From: Candidatus Collierbacteria bacterium GW2011_GWC2_44_18
GTDB taxonomy: Bacteria; Patescibacteriota; Microgenomatia; UBA1400; MFAQ01
Direction: 5' to 3'
Length of the DNA: 64,000 nt
NCBI GenBank assembly: GCA_001000865.1
Contig: LCIE01000002.1
Span: forward strand, 32,992 to 96,991
Each line of letters opens with the position of its first letter. Positions within the stretch are counted from its first letter, which is position 1. The notes under the pieces are model-generated. The model did not search any database. It saw only the letters and a list, made by a program, of their open reading frames with translations, and had not been told where the DNA came from. This document shows, piece by piece, positions 1 through 8,572 of this stretch. A program made the position numbers and the translations under genes.

Positions 1-81
1 GTGGTCCTGGAAATTAAATCCGTCAATCGCTTCGGTCGTACAACTTTCAAAAAACTTCCCGTCACCATCATCTCTAAATAA
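1..81 (+). CDS. 3' end of an upstream CDS (partial, runs off window start); frame 1 open to TAA at 79-81
   Basis: Open frame from base 1 (VVLEIKSVNRFGRTTFKKLPVTIISK*). No identifiable domain. Confidence 0.25.
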   Translation: MVLEIKSVNRFGRTTFKKLPVTIISK

Positions 82-83
82 TC

Positions 84-120
84 TCGTCATTGCGAGGTAC
101 TCCGTGGCAATCCAGAAAAT
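84..120. repeat. Family-A palindromic element (GTCATTGCGAG...GGCAATCCAGAAAAT)
   Basis: cgtcattgcgaggtactccgtggcaatccagaaaat. Shares the conserved ends of >25 copies in the window. Confidence 0.8.
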
Positions 121-134
121 GATAATATAAATAC

Positions 135-434
135 ATGACCCTCCCTCAAATTGTGTCTCTAGTTTCTACGATTCTCCTGACTTCCGTGGCTCTGGTTGTC
201 GGTATTCAATTGATTTTTATCCTTAAAGAACTCCGCTATTCACTTTCCAAACTTAACCAAACGATCGACACTGTCTCGGATACTGTAGACAAGATTGCTC
301 AGCCAGCGCTTGGCCTATTTGCCATCTTGGAAGGTTTTAAAGAGAGTGGCAAAATCATCGAAACTGTTTCCCGTTTCTTTGGTAAAGAAAAGAATAAACC
401 TGAGGGTGAAGAAATCTATGACAACACCATCTGA
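135..434 (+). CDS. small membrane protein, 99 aa, N-terminal TM helix
   Basis: ORF with hydrophobic N-terminus (IVSLVSTILLTSVALVVGIQLIFIL). Overlaps the next gene start by 17 nt. Confidence 0.45.
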   Translation: MTLPQIVSLVSTILLTSVALVVGIQLIFILKELRYSLSKLNQTIDTVSDTVDKIAQPALGLFAILEGFKESGKIIETVSRFFGKEKNKPEGEEIYDNTI

Positions 435-777
435 AAAATCCGGTCATGAAGGTGCCCTGTCCTCGTTTACTGTAGGGGTTGCTTTTGGCGTGGTTGTCGC
501 CCTCCTCTTCGGTACGGAAGAAGGTCGGAAACTAGTCAAAAGAGCTTTGGACGCAATCCCTGATAAATACAAAACTCCACCAGTTCACATTCCCCAAAGC
601 GCGCCCAGGATTCCTATCATCCCCATAGAAGAAACCTCCCATCACACTACCTTCGACGAACCGGAACCTTCGGACTTCTTTCATAACACCCCTTTCGGTA
701 ACTCTTTTGGCGAAGCTCCACCACCTCCAGCCCCTCACGTTCGCCCTACCCGCCCCGAACCTTTCAAGCCCAATTAA
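418..777 (+). CDS. YtxH-like (DUF948-type) membrane protein with Pro-rich C-terminus
   Basis: ATG at 418 in frame with ORF 295..777. Motif GVAFGVVVALLFGTEEGRKLVKRALD is typical of YtxH-family proteins. C-terminus is PPPPAPHVRPTRPEP. Confidence 0.5.
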   Translation: MTTPSEKSGHEGALSSFTVGVAFGVVVALLFGTEEGRKLVKRALDAIPDKYKTPPVHIPQSAPRIPIIPIEETSHHTTFDEPEPSDFFHNTPFGNSFGEAPPPPAPHVRPTRPEPFKPN

Positions 778-783
778 CCATCC

Positions 784-812
784 TGTAGGGGCGGACCCCC
801 GTGTCCGCCCGC
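784..812. repeat. Family-B REP-like palindrome (GTAGGGGCGGACCCCCGYGTCCGCCCGC)
   Basis: GTAG-initiated imperfect palindrome GGGCGGAC/GTCCGCCC. One of 5-6 copies (784, 8002, 32463, 44146, 52834, plus variant 44054). Confidence 0.8.
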
Positions 813-845
813 TAACCCCACCACCCTCGCAAACCACCCCATAGC

Positions 846-874
846 TTGACATCCAGCCTCATTTGTGGTACACT
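846..874 (+). promoter_or_regulatory. sigma70-like promoter TTGACA-N17-TACACT
   Basis: ttgacatccagcctcatttgtggtacact, located upstream of the ATG at 922. Confidence 0.5.
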
Positions 875-921
875 CCACCAGTAACTTTCTCGATTCCACA
901 TTCTTTGACAAGGAGATACTC

Positions 922-1428
922 ATGCCCCAGTTAACTGGCAAACAGATTTTGGCCGCCCTTATGAAGGAACCTGAATATTCGGCTATGCCGGAGCAAATAT
1001 TGGCCGCGATGGAGCCGTTCATGCTCGCTCTCCCCGAGGTCTTGAAAGACCTTCTCGACACACCCGTCACCATGCGCTCCATCATGGACTCCAAACTGAT
1101 CTTCCTTCGCTATTGCATGGCAAATGACTACGTCAAAAAAACCATGACAGTCACTGAGGTAGGTCCCGCTGGAAAAGTCTTTAAGGTGGACTCGATGGCC
1201 GGTATGATGCAGTCGATGTTAGAATCGGTTATCGAAATGCTTGATGAGGCAACGAAGGACATTCCTGCTCTGCTCCGTGCACAGGGTCTGACCGAAGACC
1301 AGATGATGGCTCATCCCAAAGGTGTTGGCCTCAAGCCCGATCTCCTAAAGCGGTACCGTACAGGTAGCCTAACCATCGCCGACCTTCTCGTAAAACAGCC
1401 AATGGTGATCATCAAGAACACCAATTAG
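922..1428 (+). CDS. hypothetical protein (168 aa)
   Basis: ATG at 922 preceded by AAGGAG RBS, in frame with ORF 865..1428. No recognisable domain. Confidence 0.6.
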   Translation: MPQLTGKQILAALMKEPEYSAMPEQILAAMEPFMLALPEVLKDLLDTPVTMRSIMDSKLIFLRYCMANDYVKKTMTVTEVGPAGKVFKVDSMAGMMQSMLESVIEMLDEATKDIPALLRAQGLTEDQMMAHPKGVGLKPDLLKRYRTGSLTIADLLVKQPMVIIKNTN

Positions 1429-1442
1429 CTATCCAATCGCCA

Positions 1443-1478
1443 AAAAGCGCCACCCAAACGGGGGGGCGCTTTTCTTTT
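1443..1478 (+). terminator. intrinsic terminator
   Basis: gcgccacccaaacgggggggcgc hairpin followed by ttttctttt. Confidence 0.6.
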
Positions 1479-1488
1479 GTCCCCACCT

Positions 1489-1526
1489 CGTCATTGCGGT
1501 TCGGAATACCGAAACTCGCAATGACA
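1489..1526. repeat. Family-A palindromic element, perfect terminal inverted repeat GTCATTGCG/CGCAATGAC
   Basis: cgtcattgcggttcggaataccgaaactcgcaatgaca. Confidence 0.8.
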
Positions 1527-1586
1527 ATCTTTTTGCATAGAAGCCAAGTCTAAAACACCCATCCTTGCTATATAATTTGTCTGAAC

Positions 1587-3422
1587 ATGACCATACACGA
1601 CATTCGCCAAAAATACTTCGACTTCATGGAATCGAAGGGGCACAAAATCATTCCTTCTAGTCCACTGGTCTTGGAAGGCGATGCCACCACTCTTTTTACC
1701 TCCTCCGGCATGCAGCCGATGATGCCCTATTTACTTGGTCAAAAACATCCGTTGGGTACCAGACTTGTTGATTCTCAAAAATGTTTTCGTTCTCAAGATA
1801 TCGACGAAGTCGGGGATAACCGCCACACCACTTTTTTTGAAATGCTCGGCAACTGGTCTCTTGGCGATTACTTCAAAAAAGAACAGCTAGGTTTCTTTTT
1901 CGCTTTTTTAACCGACAAAAAACTTGGCCTCGGTCTTGATCCGCATCGTCTCTATGTTTCCGTTTTTGCCGGCGGTTCCGGTGTCGAGAAAGATGATGAT
2001 GCCGTCATGATTTGGAAAAATCTCTTTGCCAAAGTCGGTATCCAGGCCAAAGAAGGTCAGCAGATTTTCCCTTACCCAGCCAAAAAGAACTGGTGGTCTC
2101 GCGCCGGCACTCCGGAACAAATGCCAACGGGGGAACCGGGTGGTCCTGATAGTGAAGTCTTCTTTGATTTTGGAGTCGAGAGAAAACTCCACGAAAACTC
2201 CCAGTGGAAAAACGAACCATGTCATATCAATTGTGATTGTGGGCGCTATGTCGAGATCGGTAACAATGTTTTTATGCAATATGTCAAACAGGCCGATGGA
2301 ACTCTCAAAGAACTTCCTCAAAAAAATATCGATTTTGGTGGTGGTCTTACTCGTCTAGAAGCAGCTATGAGAAATGATCCGGATATGTTCAACATTTCTT
2401 CTCTTGCGCCGGTGATCAAAGAAGTCGAAAAAATTTCCGCACATTCTTATTCCGTCGAGGAACACCGACCCTCGATGCGCGTCATTGCTGATCACCTTAC
2501 CGCAGCATCTTTCTTGATTAAGGATGGTGTTTTCCCGAGTAACAAGGGCCAGGGTTACGTCCTTCGCCGTCTTCTCCGCCGGGCGGCCATCAAGCTCTAT
2601 TTCTTAACCGACAATCGAGACTCGATTGTTATGTTGCCTGACATAGTCCGGGTGATCACCGAGTTTTACGACGATCTGTATTTTAATCCCGGCGATTTTC
2701 CCTTGATTCAAAATACAATTACCGTCGAGATCTCCAGGTTTAGTCATTCACTCGATCGAGGCCTCAAAGAACTCCAAAAGAATCCGCAGGTAGACGGCAA
2801 ATTCGCCTTCGATCTCTATCAAAATTATGGTTTTCCATTAGAGGTCACCGCCGAAATACTTTCCCAAATGGGCAAACAGGTCGATATTCAGCAGTTTCAA
2901 AAAGAATTTGAAAAACACAAAGAGCTCAGCCGCACCGCCTCTGCCGGCATGTTCAGAGGTGGCTTAGCCGACCACTCTGATGTCGTCACTGCCTATCACA
3001 CCGCCACCCATCTGTTGCATGCAGCTCTACGACAAATATTAGGTACTCACATCCAGCAAAAGGGCAGTAATATCACCTCCGAAAGATTGAGGTTTGATTT
3101 TTCTCACCCGGAAAAATTATCCGAAGTCCAAATCAAAGTGGTCCAAAATTTAATTAATCAAAAAATTTCCGAGAGACTTACCGTTACTAAAGAAGAACTC
3201 CCCAAAGAAAAAGCTTTGACTCAAGGTGCCCTTGCTTTTTTCGGTCAAAAATATCCAGATCAGGTCACTGTATATACTATTGGAGATAGGAAAAATTTCT
3301 TTTCCAAAGAGCTCTGTGGCGGACCGCATGTGGAAAGTCTGGCAGAACTTGCTAAGATAAATATAGTCAAACAAGAATCTCTTGGAGCCGGAACGCGCCG
3401 TCTCTATTTACAATTTGTTTGA
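1587..3422 (+). CDS. alaS: alanine--tRNA ligase, short form (611 aa)
   Basis: The N-terminal catalytic core (FTSSGMQPMMPYLLG, FRSQDIDEVGDNRHTTFFEMLGNWSLGDYFK), the editing-domain HTATHLLHAAL motif and the CGGPHV motif are all present. The C-terminal oligomerisation domain is absent. Confidence 0.9.
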   Translation: MTIHDIRQKYFDFMESKGHKIIPSSPLVLEGDATTLFTSSGMQPMMPYLLGQKHPLGTRLVDSQKCFRSQDIDEVGDNRHTTFFEMLGNWSLGDYFKKEQLGFFFAFLTDKKLGLGLDPHRLYVSVFAGGSGVEKDDDAVMIWKNLFAKVGIQAKEGQQIFPYPAKKNWWSRAGTPEQMPTGEPGGPDSEVFFDFGVERKLHENSQWKNEPCHINCDCGRYVEIGNNVFMQYVKQADGTLKELPQKNIDFGGGLTRLEAAMRNDPDMFNISSLAPVIKEVEKISAHSYSVEEHRPSMRVIADHLTAASFLIKDGVFPSNKGQGYVLRRLLRRAAIKLYFLTDNRDSIVMLPDIVRVITEFYDDLYFNPGDFPLIQNTITVEISRFSHSLDRGLKELQKNPQVDGKFAFDLYQNYGFPLEVTAEILSQMGKQVDIQQFQKEFEKHKELSRTASAGMFRGGLADHSDVVTAYHTATHLLHAALRQILGTHIQQKGSNITSERLRFDFSHPEKLSEVQIKVVQNLINQKISERLTVTKEELPKEKALTQGALAFFGQKYPDQVTVYTIGDRKNFFSKELCGGPHVESLAELAKINIVKQESLGAGTRRLYLQFV

Positions 3423-3446
3423 CAAGTCCCGGAGCCAGAATATTTT

Positions 3447-5546
3447 TTGGCTGTCGAGATTCATGAGTCACTGATCAAAACTGCCCTGTGGGAGATTCTT
3501 GAAGGCCAGCCGGAAATTATAAATGTTGGTTCATACGAATCGTGGACCGACGAAGAATCCCTTATCAACGGAGTCGATTCATCTTTGGATCAAGCAATCA
3601 AGGTTATCAAAGGCCAGCCCAAAAGAGTCATCTTTGGTTTGCCTGATTCCTGGATGGAGCTGGACAAAATTCATGCCACCAAAACTAAATTAATTACCCA
3701 TCTCTGCAAAGAACTGGGCCTCGATCCGATTGGGGTGGTTACCACCAACCGTGCTGTTGCCCACTACCTCAAAAAGAGGGAGGGCATGCCGCCGACTGTT
3801 GTTCTTCTTGAAGTCTATACTTCCAAGGTTGCCGTTTCCTATGTCTACCTTGGCGAAGTCAAGCAAACTGAAGAAGCCGCCCGGTCCGGAGACCTAGCCC
3901 ACGATGTCGAAGAGGGCTTAACCAGAATGGACCTGCCCAATTACCCTGCCAGATTTATTCTAACTAACGGTAACAGTCTAGAAGAGGAGTCCCAGCAAAT
4001 CACGGCTTTTCCCTGGACAGACAGACTACCCTTTAAGCACATTCCCAAAGTCGAGGTCCTTCCAATTGATTTTTCTATCAAAGCTATTGCTTTGACGGGC
4101 GGGGTCGAAGCCGTTCAGTTTTTGGGTCTTGAGGTTACCGAAGATAAAACTGTCGTCAAATCATCTGATGACGATTCCAATTTGGTTATCCCGGTCGAAA
4201 CCCCCTCTACCATGGAAGAGCTGGGTTTTGCCTACGAAGAAACTTCTGCCCCAGCCACAATTCCCATGGCTCCAACGACACTAGAAGTTGTCTCCGACGA
4301 CGGTTCTTCCCCAGAGACGTCCAACGACGAACCAGAGTTTGCCTTTTCTGGTGATGAGGCTGACCTTTCTCCAACGAAAAAACCCCATCTTAATTTTGTT
4401 CTTCCAGTTCTTCCTCGTTTCAAATCTCTCCACTTTCCCCATTTAAATTATCTTTTTTTGTTTACAGTTCCTGTCATCCTCGTTCTCGGTTTCCTCGCCT
4501 ACCTCTTTTTTGGTCAAGCTCAGCTCACGATCCATTTTGATCCGCAAAAAATAAATAAACAGTTGGGAATAGCCATTGCCGAAACTACTCTACCGGGAAT
4601 TCCTACTCTAATTGCTTCCAAGAAGACCTTTACCGGTTCCGCGCAAGAATCAATCTCCACAACCGGCACGGCTACTGTCGGTGATAAAGCCACTGGTACG
4701 ATCACCATTGCGAACAAAACGACAGTGCCAATCATTTTAAAATCAGGATCTACAGTAAAAAATGATACAGGTAAATACACATTTGTTCTGCAGGACGATG
4801 TCACTATTGCTTCTGCCAGCGCACTTGATAACACGAAAGCTGCGGGTGTCAAAGTTACCGCTGTGAAAATCGGCGCTGAATATAATTTACTTAAAGGAAC
4901 TGTTTTCAGTGTTGGTGACTATCTCAAATCAGTCGCGGCCGCCGTTTCCGAAGCAGATTTTGCCGGTGGTACCTCTCGCACTGTAAACGCCGTTTCCAAA
5001 GACGACCAGGATAAACTTTTGTCCATCGCCACCGAAAAAATAAAAACCAAGGTTCAAGGTGATTCGCAAGCGGCCAATCCGGGATTCAAAACTTTGCCTT
5101 TTTCCGATATTCAATTTACCAAAAAGCAGTTCGACCACAACCTTTCCGAAGAGGCCGCGACAGTGAGTTTAATTTTGGAAGGTTCTCTTGATGCCCTTGT
5201 TTACTCCGAGGATAGTCTCTACAACCTAGCCATAGGGGAGATCCAAAGCCAAATCCCAGCAGGTTCATTTACCAAAAAGGAAACAACTACTGTGAGCCTA
5301 GACAATCCCGCCAAGACCGATGGTCGGTACCAATCAAAAGTTACCATCGAGACCACTCTTTATCCGCAAATAGATGAGCAAAAAATGGCCGAATTTGTTA
5401 AAGGAAAACTCGTTTCCGGTATTCGCCACTTTTTTGAACCCATTCCCGGCTTTACCGGTCTGGATATAAAAATATTTCCTCCAATTCCTTTAATTACCAA
5501 GATTCTGCCGTTTCGAAACATTACTTTCGACCTGGTTAGCAATTGA
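3447..5546 (+). CDS. bitopic membrane protein (699 aa): N-terminal cytoplasmic PilM/FtsA-like segment, acidic linker, one TM helix, beta-rich extracytoplasmic domain
   Basis: TTG start per ORF track. Central TM helix LFLFTVPVILVLGFLAYLFFG. N-terminal region has weak PilM/FtsA-like character (VIFGLPDSWMELDKI...ELGLDPIGVVTTNRAVAHYL). ATGA overlap with the downstream sortase gene. Confidence 0.55.
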   Translation: MAVEIHESLIKTALWEILEGQPEIINVGSYESWTDEESLINGVDSSLDQAIKVIKGQPKRVIFGLPDSWMELDKIHATKTKLITHLCKELGLDPIGVVTTNRAVAHYLKKREGMPPTVVLLEVYTSKVAVSYVYLGEVKQTEEAARSGDLAHDVEEGLTRMDLPNYPARFILTNGNSLEEESQQITAFPWTDRLPFKHIPKVEVLPIDFSIKAIALTGGVEAVQFLGLEVTEDKTVVKSSDDDSNLVIPVETPSTMEELGFAYEETSAPATIPMAPTTLEVVSDDGSSPETSNDEPEFAFSGDEADLSPTKKPHLNFVLPVLPRFKSLHFPHLNYLFLFTVPVILVLGFLAYLFFGQAQLTIHFDPQKINKQLGIAIAETTLPGIPTLIASKKTFTGSAQESISTTGTATVGDKATGTITIANKTTVPIILKSGSTVKNDTGKYTFVLQDDVTIASASALDNTKAAGVKVTAVKIGAEYNLLKGTVFSVGDYLKSVAAAVSEADFAGGTSRTVNAVSKDDQDKLLSIATEKIKTKVQGDSQAANPGFKTLPFSDIQFTKKQFDHNLSEEAATVSLILEGSLDALVYSEDSLYNLAIGEIQSQIPAGSFTKKETTTVSLDNPAKTDGRYQSKVTIETTLYPQIDEQKMAEFVKGKLVSGIRHFFEPIPGFTGLDIKIFPPIPLITKILPFRNITFDLVSN

Positions 5547-6310
5547 TAATGTTATACAGCTATCGCAAGGCCACTCTGGATAACCCTCATCCTGGCAGGC
5601 GTATCCCCCATTACTTAAAGACCCTTCCGACTTTAGTGTCTGCCCTGGGGTTGGGGATTCTCGCTGGCGTTGCTTATCCCGTAGTCAGTTATCAGTTCAA
5701 AGACATAAAACTATTTAGTTCTTCTGATTCCGGTTTACTTTCCCCGGCTTATTACCAATCAAAAGCGGAAAATAGTTCTTCCCCCGTAATCATCAACGGT
5801 TTGGATTACACAAAAGCCAGTAACTGGTTCCCGGGAAGCATTCAAAACGAATTTTTTTCTGTCCCGACAACAGTTACAGAAGTTACAGATAATTCTCCGG
5901 ATTCATACACTCTTTCTATACCCTCACTCGGAATCATAAATGCCCAAGTCGCCATCCGAGACGAAGACCTAACCAAGCATTTGGTGCAGTACCCCCAGAC
6001 GGCTCTTCCCGGCCAAATTGGTTCTCCGGTCATCTTCGGCCATTCCACTCTGCCCCAGTTCTTTGATCCCAAAAAATATACCACAATCTTTTCTACTCTA
6101 CCAAAGGTTAAAGTTGGCTCCGATATTTTTATTACTTATGACGGCATAGAGTATACCTATCGCATCACCAAGACATTTGAGGTCAAACCAAATGAGTTGT
6201 GGGTTCTCAGGCAGGATTACTCGGACAAAAACCTCAAAGTCATTACTTGTGTCCCTCCAGGTACCACCCTACGCCGCCTCGTGGTCGAAGGTACTCTTAT
6301 CAACAACTAA
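5543..6310 (+). CDS. sortase family transpeptidase
   Basis: N-terminal TM helix. Catalytic His context PVIFGHSTLP and catalytic Cys context LKVITCVPPGTT (TLxTC-like). Sortase-sized at 255 aa. Confidence 0.75.
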   Translation: MIMLYSYRKATLDNPHPGRRIPHYLKTLPTLVSALGLGILAGVAYPVVSYQFKDIKLFSSSDSGLLSPAYYQSKAENSSSPVIINGLDYTKASNWFPGSIQNEFFSVPTTVTEVTDNSPDSYTLSIPSLGIINAQVAIRDEDLTKHLVQYPQTALPGQIGSPVIFGHSTLPQFFDPKKYTTIFSTLPKVKVGSDIFITYDGIEYTYRITKTFEVKPNELWVLRQDYSDKNLKVITCVPPGTTLRRLVVEGTLINN

Positions 6311-6344
6311 CGCCCTCCTGCGGAACGTCCTTTATAATACTCTT

Positions 6345-6734
6345 ATGTCCATTCTTTGCCTCGACCTGGGTACCGCCCACACCGGCATTGCCATCTCCCA
6401 AGAGGGGATACTTGCCACACCTATCGCCACAGTCTACGAAAAAGATGTCAACCAATTGGTCTCCAAGCTATTACCTTATTTATCAAAACATAATCCTGAC
6501 AAAATTATTATAGGTGTGCCGGAATATGGACCAATAGTCAAGTTTGCGACTGATTTAAGTGAAAAGATTTACGCCATCTTTCCCAAAGAGATAACTTTTT
6601 TCAGGGAAGACCTCAGCTCTCACACTGCCAGAAATGTCATGAAGGCACAAGGGAAAACTTTGGTCAGACGCAAAAAAGAAGAACACCAAACCGCCGCCGC
6701 CCTCATCCTCCAAGACTACCTCGACTCCCTCTAA
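6345..6734 (+). CDS. ruvX: Holliday-junction resolvase-like RNase YqgF/RuvX
   Basis: MSILCLDLGTAHTGIAIS N-terminal motif. ATG at 6345 in frame with ORF 6177..6734. Confidence 0.8.
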   Translation: MSILCLDLGTAHTGIAISQEGILATPIATVYEKDVNQLVSKLLPYLSKHNPDKIIIGVPEYGPIVKFATDLSEKIYAIFPKEITFFREDLSSHTARNVMKAQGKTLVRRKKEEHQTAAALILQDYLDSL

Positions 6735-6768
6735 CCCGTCATTGCGAGCGAAGCGCGGCAATCCAGAA
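6735..6768. repeat. Family-A palindromic element
   Basis: ccgtcattgcgagcgaagcgcggcaatccagaatttt. Confidence 0.8.
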
Positions 6769-6786
6769 TTTTGGTACAATCTAGTT

Positions 6787-6993
6787 ATGTTCAAGAATAT
6801 TATTGCTCCGGTACAAGCCTGGCTTCTCTCACGAGGTGTTTGCGTCGGTTGCGGCACCCCTCTAACAGATGGCCAAAGCAAACCTTCAACCAAGGTCAAA
6901 GATTGCGATCAAGTTACCTGCAAATGCGGTCGGGTTTTTGTTTACAACCCCAAGACAAACACCTATCGCCGTGCTCTCCTGAGCGAAATATAA
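6787..6993 (+). CDS. small zinc-ribbon protein (68 aa)
   Basis: CVGCG...CKCG pattern. ATG at 6787, downstream of the repeat element. Confidence 0.45.
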   Translation: MFKNIIAPVQAWLLSRGVCVGCGTPLTDGQSKPSTKVKDCDQVTCKCGRVFVYNPKTNTYRRALLSEI

Positions 6994-6998
6994 AATTT

Positions 6999-7985
6999 AT
7001 GTTTAAGCGATTTTTCACCGCTTTAACCCTACTTACCATTTTGTTCCTTACGTGGTATTTTCAGTCGGTTCAGCCCGTTACTCACGATGCAGGCACTATG
7101 GTAGATTTTGAAGTTAAACCTGGTGCTGGGGTAGACAGAATCGCCAATGACCTGAGTAGTGTCCGCCTTATCCGTTCTCGTATCGGTTTCAAAATCACTA
7201 TTATTCGCCTAGGGGTTGCCAACAAAATTCAGGCTGGCCTTTTTCGGCTTTCACCTTCCATGAGTGCGACAGAGCTGGCAGAGGCTCTCACTCATGCTTA
7301 TGCCCGTCAAATCCGAGTCACTATTCCCGAAGGGTTACGTAGCGAAGAGATAAATTCCATCCTCGACAAAGCTTTCAACAAGCTTGAGGGGAGCAATTAC
7401 AATCCACTGCAGTTCACTTCACTAACTCGTGGAAAAGAAGGCCATTTATTCCCCGATACCTACGATTTCGTTCCTGAAGCATCGGCTTCCGATGTCGTAA
7501 GGCGCCTCACCGGTAGATTTGATGAGGTTGTCTCTAACTTGAAAATCTCAGAGCAAAATCTTCCAAAAGTATTGATCTTGGCTTCACTGCTCGAAAGGGA
7601 AGCCGCCAACTCAACCGAGATGCCTTTGGTCGCAGGAGTCATAACCAAAAGATTAAATATTGGCATGGCCCTACAAATAGACGCTACTGTTCAATACGCT
7701 TTGGGATCGATCCGCTGTAAACAGATTAATTGTGATTGGTGGAAAAAAAGTTTAACCACAGAAGATCTCAAGATAAACTCACCCTTCAATACCTACCAAA
7801 ATCCCGGACTTCCCCCATCTCCTATTTCAAATCCCGGCAAAGATGCCCTTTCTGCCGCCACCAATCCGGTTGTCGGTTCAGCTCTGTATTATCTCCACGA
7901 CTCCACCGGCAAAATCCATTTTGCCGACTCTTTGCCTCAACATAATCAAAACATCTGCACTTATCTCAAAAAAGATTGTAAATAA
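6999..7985 (+). CDS. mltG: endolytic murein transglycosylase MltG/YceG
   Basis: N-terminal TM helix and YceG-like motifs (FPDTYDF, ASLLEREA, DATVQYALG, PFNTYQNPGLPPSPISNPG). Confidence 0.8.
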   Translation: MFKRFFTALTLLTILFLTWYFQSVQPVTHDAGTMVDFEVKPGAGVDRIANDLSSVRLIRSRIGFKITIIRLGVANKIQAGLFRLSPSMSATELAEALTHAYARQIRVTIPEGLRSEEINSILDKAFNKLEGSNYNPLQFTSLTRGKEGHLFPDTYDFVPEASASDVVRRLTGRFDEVVSNLKISEQNLPKVLILASLLEREAANSTEMPLVAGVITKRLNIGMALQIDATVQYALGSIRCKQINCDWWKKSLTTEDLKINSPFNTYQNPGLPPSPISNPGKDALSAATNPVVGSALYYLHDSTGKIHFADSLPQHNQNICTYLKKDCK

Positions 7986-7987
7986 CG

Positions 7988-8100
7988 TCGTCATTGCCTT
8001 TTGTAGGGGCGGACCCCCGCGTCCGCCCGCAAACCACCAATTGTCATTGCGAATCTCGGTACTCCGAGCCCTGCCTGCCGGCAGGCAGGTGTGGCAATCT
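7988..8100. repeat. composite repeat cluster: Family-A element, Family-B REP (8002-8030), second Family-A element with a CTGCCTGCCGGCAGGCAGG palindrome
   Basis: cgtcattgcc..gtaggggcggacccccgcgtccgcccgc..ttgtcattgcgaatctcggtactccgagccctgcctgccggcaggcaggtgtggcaatctc. Confidence 0.8.
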
Positions 8101-8108
8101 CACTCCAA

Positions 8109-8143
8109 CCACTAAAAAACCGGCATGCACTTCTGCACACCGG
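8109..8143 (-). terminator. intrinsic terminator for the minus-strand small gene
   Basis: Reverse complement reads aaccggtgtgcagaagtgcatgccggtttttt (hairpin plus T-run). Confidence 0.5.
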
Positions 8144-8152
8144 TTAAGTTCA

Positions 8153-8404
8153 TCAAATCAGCCAAAATCTCAGCGACTCTTTTAGCTTTGAGTAAGCCAC
8201 TTCAAAGGAGAGGTTCCCATTTACCATCATTAGCTTGATGTTGCGCCAAATCATTGAGTACATGAAAACAATTCGGACGCCAGTAATAACAAATATAATC
8301 CCCACTGCCCAGAAGCCCCACAGATGGAGTATCGTCACTGCCAAGGCTAAGATTCCAGATCTGAACAATAAAGTTAACACCACACTTTGCCAGAATTTTT
8401 TCAA
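8153..8404 (-). CDS. small membrane protein (83 aa), divergent from rpoB
   Basis: TTG start preceded by AGGAGG. Two hydrophobic helices. Confidence 0.5.
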   Translation of the reverse strand: MKKFWQSVVLTLLFRSGILALAVTILHLWGFWAVGIIFVITGVRIVFMYSMIWRNIKLMMVNGNLSFEVAYSKLKESLRFWLI

Positions 8405-8447
8405 TGTAGCCTCCTAAATTCAGAATTACCTATTATACAACTCCGTG

Positions 8448-8476
8448 TTGACAGCAAGCTATTTCAGCCTTATACT
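8448..8476 (+). promoter_or_regulatory. near-consensus sigma70 promoter TTGACA-N17-TATACT upstream of rpoB
   Basis: ttgacagcaagctatttcagccttatact. Confidence 0.6.
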
Positions 8477-8572
8477 ACATACACTGCTCTAAACTTGGCT
8501 GGGCTTTTTGCCAGTCAGGTTTTTGTATGTTGTCCATTGTTATTTACTCCTGCCTAAATCCAAAAAATCCGG

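Noticed and set aside
295-777. Upstream 41 codons of ORF 295..777
   Set aside because: That stretch overlaps the preceding small gene in another frame. The YtxH-like domain begins at the internal ATG at 418, taken as the real start.
7843-8185. ORFs 7843..8115 and 7994..8185 (90 and 63 aa)
   Set aside because: They lie entirely within the composite repeat cluster; their translations merely read the palindromes (e.g. VGADPRVRP). Not genes.
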